Virus record (IMG/VR): IMGVR_UViG_3300011114_001057
Source of the DNA: an uncultured virus (IMG/VR IMGVR_UViG_3300011114_001057)
Lineage: Duplodnaviria > Heunggongvirae > Uroviricota > Caudoviricetes
Reading direction: 5' to 3' (one strand)
DNA: 20,000 bases
The notes beneath the pieces were generated by a model. It saw only the letters and a program-made list of their open reading frames with translations. It did no database searches and was not told where the DNA came from. Shown piece by piece: positions 12,301 through 18,522 of this stretch. Made by a program: the position numbers and the translations under genes. Position 1 is the stretch's first letter, and every line of letters starts with the position of its first letter.

Positions 12301-12524
12301 CTGCTCCTTACCAAAAGGAAATCATTAATTTCACAATCTCTAATCCAACTCTTAATGCAAGTGAAGTTTACGGAAAAGAAGCACTAATAGAATTAGTTTA
12401 TACGAAAGCAGTAATAGTTGCAAGACAACAGACTGGCACAAGTACGTACGTTGATTACACATATAGCGATTATTGGAGAGTAATAAGTTCAAGTGTCTTA
12501 CCTTTGACTGTTGATAATACTTAA
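9339..12524 (+). CDS. Tail fibre / receptor-binding-like protein with collagen repeat and LVIVD-type beta-propeller repeats (1061 aa)
   Basis: A short N-terminal anchor-like segment (LKEVFPSDS...DKVNFNFNKL) precedes 9 Gly-X-Y triplets. LVIVD-like repeats follow (VDVVGKYLF, VQVVGNIAYV, VDITDPTNP, VDIHDPTNL, VDGYTLYL, VINGDYVYIA, FDVTDLAAPVFVG, LVGNKLYLA). Next comes a beta-shaft-like repeat (SLYVGKKLDVGNSINVGSGGLYID) and a distinct C-terminal domain. Confidence 0.75.
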   Translation: MPIRINLKEVFPSDSQDITVDKVNFNFNKLLALGVGDQGDQGIAGPQGAAGPIGLTGIQGLRGSTWFIDNGDPNTLTFVDLIDQDLYLDTITFSVWQYDELTTLWTQVLNFSTIVNYYISLTPSPFNRGFGILPTQDDRFITFNRRGNNYSNSTGDITRSSFNTADSDILLLTNFNESTIDTALGFNNFPASSGEMFDALLKVYVNHSEGTSEVTGRYHLELGSLYLDNSIPNESTLSLLKHNLKVKFKKNEVTTTAIPTTNTWINIAQFSLSVPEPDPLSGIDENGIFEFVSPKWNNESSPIQEEVRVWFGAAEGLSEYLGLPYTEMGDGIAIGDSTGTSFASIGIMKGLNSNFQTPYTNDDFLLINSSGLDGVFINDKLVQTNGTLDVIHTTGARFVSKITAGTNDANVNKDLCSIFSNANLLICTWAGTLAATNISQNMTKSGRIKIHRLDSDLSVLVNSANTSNHIDPFPTDDHGHTVKPFPTTNLTHVDVVGKYLFATRIRPQNYVAQLGTDNIQDTLIIAELDSSAGALKTVGGWGNNYDVDEYYAKKVQVVGNIAYVLTSKAITTDWTSTDSYLHAVDITDPTNPVTLSRVTTMNDHKYLDFTIVNERAFISAWDQSAQTIDIITVDIHDPTNLTTPASYTGTGITATVETPAPIKVDGYTLYLGADNYLKIYRIDYSASLDLTAVVSTTAVFSPITYRISDIVINGDYVYIAGEYLDSHRLLTFDVTDLAAPVFVGEETSNTGASGKMTLVGNKLYLASSQGTGAYSAVDGGLSEYEIDGITSPSANISTLKSNEIKVSNSLYVGKKLDVGNSINVGSGGLYIDEGVGLAVDGPVKILGNLEMNGEITKIANAIAFGKTQIYINAFQDDNLFSGSPFSPVLYPYYELPGFNSSYLEIYIGWSGDTNTSSINANKIPDNISIILPKISTEFYEGQRLTVRIIALPCRAYQSSTQWNWPTTAGATAGTIQLCSAIEGDAGGAAPYQKEIINFTISNPTLNASEVYGKEALIELVYTKAVIVARQQTGTSTYVDYTYSDYWRVISSSVLPLTVDNT
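9444..9527 (+). repeat. Collagen-like (Gly-X-Y)9 repeat within the tail-fibre-like gene
   Basis: Translates as GDQ GDQ GIA GPQ GAA GPI GLT GIQ GLR G. Confidence 0.9.
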
Positions 12525-13324
12525 ATCCATTGATTTAAGTTAAATGGCATGACTCGGTCAGCCACCAACAATTCCTGCAACTCAGATATCAAATTAGGAT
12601 CAAGATTAGAGTCTTTAGAGATAGCTGCATTTAGCACAAGTAAATCTTTTATAACAGTTGCTGTTGCAGTCTCCTCCCTATTATGAAGTATTGCAAAAAG
12701 TACGTTCTCCTTCTCTCGCATTCCGCTAAGTGAACTTATGTTTTGCTTAATTATCTCTTCCCTTAGTGTAGCATTATCTGCGAATACTAATCTCAATGAT
12801 TTTAATCTTCTAAAAGAAAAACCAAAATCCTTCTTCTTATCGAACGTTAGTTTCCAAATCACATATCGGTTAGTATTTATGCAATTCGTTATTATGAATA
12901 TCTCTTTCTGTTGATGCAGCTTAGGATTAACAAAGAAGATCTCTGAGTTATCTAGAAAGTAGTTTTGAGCTTCCATATAGTCGATCAGCAAGCTTAAAAA
13001 AACAAAATTAGCATTCCTAAATATCTCTATAGTTTCTGAGGAATTATCTTCATATATCTTCTTTAGGTCTTCTCTTATCTTCTTAATTCTATCCTCCTTC
13101 CAGACCGGATTCATCTTAAAGTCAAAAAGATTTCCTTCAACTGCTAGTGTGTTTAGGTTTAAGCTGTGAAATAGGACCTCATAGAAATAGGAAAGATCCC
13201 CTTCTTCAAGGTCTTTTTTGTATTTTTGAGCAGCTGCAAGAAGTACATAACTAAAGTATTCAGAGTCCATAAATCTTGCTTTAATTAACCACAGTGAATC
13301 CAATATTTCCTTTCTTCTAGTCAT
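12521..13324 (-). CDS. Hypothetical protein (267 aa)
   Basis: The ORF exactly fills the gap between two + strand genes. It has an ATG start with an AT-rich upstream region, and its stop overlaps the tail-fibre stop in TTAA. No recognisable motif; the N-terminal half looks helical. Confidence 0.75.
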   Translation of the reverse strand: MTRRKEILDSLWLIKARFMDSEYFSYVLLAAAQKYKKDLEEGDLSYFYEVLFHSLNLNTLAVEGNLFDFKMNPVWKEDRIKKIREDLKKIYEDNSSETIEIFRNANFVFLSLLIDYMEAQNYFLDNSEIFFVNPKLHQQKEIFIITNCINTNRYVIWKLTFDKKKDFGFSFRRLKSLRLVFADNATLREEIIKQNISSLSGMREKENVLFAILHNREETATATVIKDLLVLNAAISKDSNLDPNLISELQELLVADRVMPFNLNQWI

Positions 13325-13333
13325 AATATATTG

Positions 13334-13343
13334 TTATTTATTT
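13334..13343 (-). promoter_or_regulatory. Candidate late-promoter-like element AAATAAATAA upstream of the antisense gene
   Basis: The + strand reads TTATTTATTT, which is AAATAAATAA on the - strand, ending 9 nt before the ATG at 13324. The core AATAAATA is one mismatch from the T4 late promoter TATAAATA. Confidence 0.35.
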
Positions 13344-13381
13344 GTACTAATAATAAGTTATCAGTTTACCCCATCTTTCTA

Positions 13382-13391
13382 AAATAAATAA
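13382..13391 (+). promoter_or_regulatory. Candidate late-promoter-like element AAATAAATAA upstream of the neck gene
   Basis: The same 10-mer as on the opposite strand at 13334-13343, located 15 nt before the GTG start at 13407 in the only divergent intergenic region. Confidence 0.4.
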
Positions 13392-13406
13392 AATAAAGCA
13401 AATCTG

Positions 13407-15548
13407 GTGCAGACTACTGTAAAACTATTAATCGATTCTCAGAATAACTCTTTGACCTTTAGTAAGAACTTTAGGATCTTCTCTACTGATGAGCCTATCA
13501 CAGGAATCATTGAATTTACTGAGTTTATCGAGGACCTGATATATGGTTCACCTAACATAATTGACCTAGCTAATCTAATTAGAAAAATACGATATTCTAG
13601 GAATAAGCTTGACTGGTCACTCTGGTATACTGTTGCTCCTGGAAATATTGGAGACTCAGCTAATATGATATTAGATTCAGCTGATCCTTTCTATTTTCAA
13701 GTAAGATACGAATACGATGATGGCACCACCGATCAATTACCTGATCTTATTCAAGTAAACGAAATAAAACTTAGGTTTAAATCTTCTCCTGGAACACTAG
13801 ATGTTTTTGCGCCTAAAGTAAAGTGCTCAAACGAGACCTATTCTTCAATAATTGCCAATCGTGATCCTAGTTTTAGACCATATGAGGTAGACAGTGCAAT
13901 TACCATGTTTAAAGACCTATCTTTCTTTACTAATCAGATATATGGTCACCAAGTAGTCTATTTTAGAACACTACCTGAATCAGATAGCGGCGATTATGTA
14001 TTTAAAGAGTGGACTCTATATAAAAACGTAGATCGTAAGTGTATTAAAGTAATGGTGCCCGGTAATACTTTTCCAGAAAACACTCCAAAATATACTGAGT
14101 TTGGCCTAGACTTTCAGGTGCCGTTTGAGATACACCTAGACCATAAGTATTTTCAATCTATTTTTGGATCCTGTTCAGAACCTAGGAAAAGAGACTTTTT
14201 GTATTTTCCACTACTCAATAGAATGTATGAAATCCAAGGATCATACTTAAGTCGTGGGTTTATGATGGAACCAGTCTTTTGGAAAGTTCAACTTAAGAAG
14301 TTCAGTCAAAATATTGATATGCTTCTTACTGACACAAGTAGAAGCTTCCTAGATAACGTAATCGTAAATGCTGACCAACTATTTAGTGATGAAGTAGAAA
14401 AAGATATTAAAGACAGCACAATGCCTGCACAATATCAAAAAATAACAACAACTTTTGATTCTTCAAGAAAAGCAATACATCCAGACGTGATACAGAGACC
14501 TTTGAAATATACCTTTAATTTTGCACCACTCATTGAAAATTATTATGACTTAGGCGGGGTTCCAGCAAACGAGATAACTGCTGAATTGTTAGCAACATCA
14601 CCTTTACTTTCTACTACTCAATCGCTAGAACAACTGCCTAATTTAGACAGCTCTTCTCTTCCTTCAACCGCCGTTATCATTGCCTATGAAGGCAGCCCTA
14701 TCTACACTACTTGGAGAAACAATGGATTACTAACAAACGACAAAAACGTTAAGGCTTCTAGTTTTAGATACTGTCGAGTTAGGGGACCGTTTGATAGTAT
14801 TTCAAACCACCAAGGAGAATCTGAAACTGGTAGATTTATCAGGATTGAGGCTTATCGAGACCTTAGTTTTAAAGATCCTAAAGATATTCTAACCGATATT
14901 GTATCTGGCAAGACCATTGTAAAATTTAAAGTAAGGGAGCCAGCTATCGTCTATTCTGCTACTCCTAAGTTTAACAACACAACTGATAGAAACTTAAGTT
15001 TTACCTGCCTATTCAATGTGCCATCAAGCGGTGGACCTATTAATTTTATCGATGGCTTCGATAGCGACAGTCAGTCTGGGATACAGATCACTGGTAACTT
15101 TACTAGATATATTAGCGCTGAGCCTGAAGGAGTATTGACCCTTAGTATAAAAGCCAATGCACAAGTAAAAAACTATTCTATTGCTAATTTTACAAGCGGT
15201 CAATGGCATGCACTAGTAGTCTCTATCTCTAATGAGTTTCTACAATGCGGAACCTATGTCTATAAAATAGTAGAGGATCCTAGCGACATCATAAATCATA
15301 GCGAGTTTGTGCCCATATTACAAAGTACCTCTTCTTTTTCTTTAACCCAGTTTGAAATAGACCAAAACTATATTTTACCTAACTCTAACTTGCTAATAAC
15401 TAATATAAGAGTCTTCAACACAATGTTAAAAGAAGAAGAGCACGATTTTATATTAAGCCAACAGTTCCTTAGAGATGAATCTATGCTTGTTTTAATCGAC
15501 AACTGTCGAGTACAGACTAATTTACCATATATCGTTAAAAATAGATAA
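13407..15548 (+). CDS. Neck/head-closure protein with a T4 gp14-like central domain, plus an N-terminal extension and a C-terminal LamG/ConA-like domain (713 aa)
   Basis: GTG start. The central region has the gp14-family pattern YGHQVVYF...FKE...FGLD...IHL..YF...EPRKRDFLYFPLLNRMYEI....F.....WKVQLKKF. The C-terminus has LamG-like GQWHALVVSIS and ITNIRVFNTML. It lies immediately upstream of a gp15-like gene, as in T4. Confidence 0.7.
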   Translation: MQTTVKLLIDSQNNSLTFSKNFRIFSTDEPITGIIEFTEFIEDLIYGSPNIIDLANLIRKIRYSRNKLDWSLWYTVAPGNIGDSANMILDSADPFYFQVRYEYDDGTTDQLPDLIQVNEIKLRFKSSPGTLDVFAPKVKCSNETYSSIIANRDPSFRPYEVDSAITMFKDLSFFTNQIYGHQVVYFRTLPESDSGDYVFKEWTLYKNVDRKCIKVMVPGNTFPENTPKYTEFGLDFQVPFEIHLDHKYFQSIFGSCSEPRKRDFLYFPLLNRMYEIQGSYLSRGFMMEPVFWKVQLKKFSQNIDMLLTDTSRSFLDNVIVNADQLFSDEVEKDIKDSTMPAQYQKITTTFDSSRKAIHPDVIQRPLKYTFNFAPLIENYYDLGGVPANEITAELLATSPLLSTTQSLEQLPNLDSSSLPSTAVIIAYEGSPIYTTWRNNGLLTNDKNVKASSFRYCRVRGPFDSISNHQGESETGRFIRIEAYRDLSFKDPKDILTDIVSGKTIVKFKVREPAIVYSATPKFNNTTDRNLSFTCLFNVPSSGGPINFIDGFDSDSQSGIQITGNFTRYISAEPEGVLTLSIKANAQVKNYSIANFTSGQWHALVVSISNEFLQCGTYVYKIVEDPSDIINHSEFVPILQSTSSFSLTQFEIDQNYILPNSNLLITNIRVFNTMLKEEEHDFILSQQFLRDESMLVLIDNCRVQTNLPYIVKNR

Positions 15549-15557
15549 CTAAGAATA

Positions 15558-16343
15558 ATGAAAAGATCAAACAACGAAAACATACGAAACAACAACTCAC
15601 AAGACGTCTTTTTAAGAAACGCTACTCTATCTCTATTGGATCTACTCAATAAGGAAATCATAATATATTTAAAAAGAGGAGATGAAGTTGAAGAACACGC
15701 TATTCCAATTTTTTACAACTTTGGAGGAGATGAAGGATTTATGAAAGACTTCTTCTTAGAGTTGCCGACTGACTGCTCTTATCCAAACTTTGCAGAGGGC
15801 AACTACGAACAGATGCCACGTGGAATAATAACACTAGATTCTTTTCAAATAAAAACAGCCGATCTTACTAACAAGTTTGTTAGGGGTAGCTTTAATCAGG
15901 AAACTCGCAATGAAAACAATCAAAAGGAGACCAAGGCTTACTCCTCAAGGTTATTTGTTCTTCCAATGAGTTTAACTTACTCAATGAAGATAGAGAGTGA
16001 TAATATCAATAAAACATTTAAGATAATTGAAAGGATTTTTGATTTTTACTATAAGAATCAGGTAAGATATTTTCAGTTTAGAGGGACCCGAATACCTATG
16101 CAGATAACCTTTCCAGAGACTGCACAGTTTCAAAAGAGTTACAGTTTTAGTTATAGTGATCAAAATACCGTAACTACTTCTCTTTCACTAGCCGTTGAGA
16201 CCTATTTTCCAAGCTTTGATGATCATTCTACCTTCTATAAAGGTAACAAAATAGACCAGTTTAACTTGCGACAGGGTCAAGCACAATCGGGTTCAACACT
16301 AGCTGATTCGTGGATAGACTCGGATTTTCCACCAAGCGAATAA
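15558..16343 (+). CDS. Tail sheath stabiliser / tail terminator, T4 gp15-like (261 aa)
   Basis: Size and motif order fit gp15: FLRNATLSLLDLLN, IPIFY, MPRGII, LPMSLTYSMKI, FKIIERIFDFY, LSLAVETY. It follows the gp14-like gene. Confidence 0.7.
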   Translation: MKRSNNENIRNNNSQDVFLRNATLSLLDLLNKEIIIYLKRGDEVEEHAIPIFYNFGGDEGFMKDFFLELPTDCSYPNFAEGNYEQMPRGIITLDSFQIKTADLTNKFVRGSFNQETRNENNQKETKAYSSRLFVLPMSLTYSMKIESDNINKTFKIIERIFDFYYKNQVRYFQFRGTRIPMQITFPETAQFQKSYSFSYSDQNTVTTSLSLAVETYFPSFDDHSTFYKGNKIDQFNLRQGQAQSGSTLADSWIDSDFPPSE

Positions 16344-16347
16344 ATAA
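16339..16347 (+). promoter_or_regulatory. Candidate late-promoter-like element AATAAATAA heading the small-gene cassette
   Basis: Overlaps the gp15-like stop codon and ends 5 nt before the ATG at 16353. Same core as the 13334 and 13382 elements. Confidence 0.3.
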
Positions 16348-16352
16348 AGTAT

Positions 16353-16928
16353 ATGGAGACAAGACTCAAGACCTTTAATCAATATCTAGTAGAGAATCAA
16401 ATCTTTTCTGATGCCTTAAGATATCACATGGTAAACGGTTTCTCAGTGTTAGAATCAATCTATAGGCCAGGTAGTCAAGCCCATCTGGATCTTCTATGTG
16501 AGGCTAGGTGTGCGTTTAATCTAGGTAAAATAAAGTTTAATGGAATCGATCATACGCTTTTAGCTGAGACCGATATTGGCAATACTGGCACTTATCAAAA
16601 TAAGACAGTTGTTTTAGACATGCCGCTTGAGGTTTTAGAATTGAATGAGGCAAAGTCTCCTAAACTAAACTATCCTATGCGAGGAGGAGCCAAAAAGTAC
16701 CATGTGTATGTTAAGAATCCTCAAACTGGAAATATTAAAAAGATTTCTTTTGGAGATGTACACGGCGGATTAACTGCAAAAGTTAGTAATCCTAAAGCCA
16801 GAAAATCATTTGCAGCTCGACATAATTGTGCTGAAAAGAAGGACAGAACTAAAGCAGGCTACTGGGCTTGCCGAATTAATCGATATGCTCACTTATGGGG
16901 CGGTAAAACTTATCCTGGATTCTGGTAA
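16353..16928 (+). CDS. Two-domain putative internal head protein with a basic C-terminal domain (SFxARHNC...YWxC)
   Basis: The N-terminus METRLKTFNQYLVE resembles a capsid targeting sequence. An LNE at aa 97-99 precedes a K/R-rich domain (KKYHVYVKNP..GNIKKISFGD...RKSFAARHNC...AGYWAC), which I recognise as a recurrent viral domain of unknown function. Confidence 0.65.
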   Translation: METRLKTFNQYLVENQIFSDALRYHMVNGFSVLESIYRPGSQAHLDLLCEARCAFNLGKIKFNGIDHTLLAETDIGNTGTYQNKTVVLDMPLEVLELNEAKSPKLNYPMRGGAKKYHVYVKNPQTGNIKKISFGDVHGGLTAKVSNPKARKSFAARHNCAEKKDRTKAGYWACRINRYAHLWGGKTYPGFW

Positions 16929-16946
16929 TACTTAAAAAATAATAAT

Positions 16947-17564
16947 ATGAAACATATATTAACATATCATAAGCTATTTGAGAATGAGAATATGGAACAA
17001 TATACTCCATCTACTAAAACTATCATCACTGGCGGAGAAATTATACTCGCTAAAGATAAAAATGCTCCATTACTTATAGTGTATGGTGGCATACCAGTTA
17101 AAGGTGTAACTAGCGGTGTCTATATGTGGAATTATGTAGATAAATTAAAGGAAAAATACCACATATTTGTTGCATCAAGTCATAAAGTAAACGGGCCTGA
17201 TACTTATGAGACTGTGCTCACTTACCTAAAAAAATATGGAATAACACCTTCAAAAAAAGTGCTTTATCTTTTTTCAGGCGGGTATTCTCCAGGAATGAAA
17301 TTATTAGACACAAAAGCGGCTGATTTTTCAAAAGTATTATTAGTAGATATTTGGATGAAGGGTAAAACTATCTCTGATTTCTACATTAAATTTACTAATA
17401 ATAATAAATCAAAAGTTGAATACTATTATACTAGTTTTGGTGCAAACAACGACTCAGCTCGTGATGCTATTGCTAAGAGCGCAAGCGTTGTAAACACAAA
17501 AAGTAATCATATGGACACTAACTTATTAGCAGTCGACTCACTAATTAAAATGTATAACATATGA
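16947..17564 (+). CDS. Putative minimal alpha/beta-hydrolase-fold protein with a capsid-targeting-like N-terminus (205 aa)
   Basis: PLLIVYGG (oxyanion-strand-like), LYLFSGGY (nucleophile-elbow-like Ser), VLLVDIW (acid) and SNHM (His near the C-terminus) occur in canonical order. The N-terminus is MKHILTYHKLFE. Confidence 0.55.
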   Translation: MKHILTYHKLFENENMEQYTPSTKTIITGGEIILAKDKNAPLLIVYGGIPVKGVTSGVYMWNYVDKLKEKYHIFVASSHKVNGPDTYETVLTYLKKYGITPSKKVLYLFSGGYSPGMKLLDTKAADFSKVLLVDIWMKGKTISDFYIKFTNNNKSKVEYYYTSFGANNDSARDAIAKSASVVNTKSNHMDTNLLAVDSLIKMYNI

Positions 17565-17827
17565 ATGATTTACCTTTTACTGAGATCCAATTATCAAACG
17601 ACACATATATTCGTGAGTTTGTACAGTCTTCTGAAGCTGATGAGTTTAGGTGGCATCGAGACTATGAAGATCGCTTAATCGTTTCAATAAATAAAACTGA
17701 TTGGTTAATTCAACTTGAAAATAAGCTACCGCAAGAATTAAATTCAAAGGTATTAATAGAAAAAGGAGAATGGCACAGGTTGATAAAAGGAACCGGTAAA
17801 TTAAAATTAAAAATAGTTAAGTACTAA
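17561..17827 (+). CDS. Small cupin-fold protein (88 aa)
   Basis: Two His motifs, WHRDYEDR and IEKGEWHRLIKG, with cupin-like spacing. ATGA overlap with the upstream gene and TAATG overlap with the downstream gene. Confidence 0.65.
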   Translation: MNDLPFTEIQLSNDTYIREFVQSSEADEFRWHRDYEDRLIVSINKTDWLIQLENKLPQELNSKVLIEKGEWHRLIKGTGKLKLKIVKY

Positions 17828-18522
17828 TGAAGAATTTATTAAATTACAAACAGTACCTAATACTTGAAAAGGGTTCAGAGTCATGTCCAGTAGCAACTCA
17901 AAATCTAGAGGTAAACACTAGAAACCGCAACAAAGCAATAGAGGCAGACTACATTAAATATGGGCCACTAAACCTTACTGACGAGAAATATTGGGAAGAG
18001 TATGCTAAAAAATGGAATACTGAGCCAGAAGTTGCAAAGCAATCTAATTGTGGAAATTGTGTAGCATTTGATATTTCTCCAAGAATGCAAGAGTGTATGC
18101 CTGGAGAAGTTAGCGATCCTGATGGAAGACTTGGTTACTGTTGGATGCATCACTTTAAATGTCACTCTGCTCGTACTTGTTATACTTGGGCGGCAGGCGG
18201 ACCTATTGAAGAAGATTCAGTTTCAGCCGATTGGCAAAGTAAAAATGGTGGAGAAGTTAATGAAAAAAGAAAAACTAAAAACTCTCCAAGCTGGAAAGAT
18301 TCAGATGCACCAGATGCTAATGGAAAATTTAAAGAACTTGGAATAAAAGCACTTGCCGCTTGGCTGATCCGAACTAGAGGCGGAGACATGCGTAAGATTA
18401 CTGGAAGCCTAAACCAGCAAATAGTATTTAATCGAAACGATAATCCGGCATACGCTAAGAAGATGGAAAGTGTTAGAGCAGAAGTAAAAAGACAGCTTGG
18501 TAAAAAAAATAAAAAACAATGA
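17827..18522 (+). CDS. Two-domain putative internal head protein: Cys-rich HiPIP-like metal-binding domain plus a basic helical domain (231 aa)
   Basis: The N-terminus is MKNLLNYKQYLILE, followed by CGNC...C...GYCWMHHFKCHSARTCYTW. An internal VNE precedes a K/R-rich C-terminal domain. Confidence 0.6.
   Translation: MKNLLNYKQYLILEKGSESCPVATQNLEVNTRNRNKAIEADYIKYGPLNLTDEKYWEEYAKKWNTEPEVAKQSNCGNCVAFDISPRMQECMPGEVSDPDGRLGYCWMHHFKCHSARTCYTWAAGGPIEEDSVSADWQSKNGGEVNEKRKTKNSPSWKDSDAPDANGKFKELGIKALAAWLIRTRGGDMRKITGSLNQQIVFNRNDNPAYAKKMESVRAEVKRQLGKKNKKQ

Noticed and set aside
11900..12524. Fibre C-terminus as a diversity-generating retroelement target
   Set aside because: No reverse transcriptase or duplicated template repeat was seen in the window, and I see no CLec-type motif.
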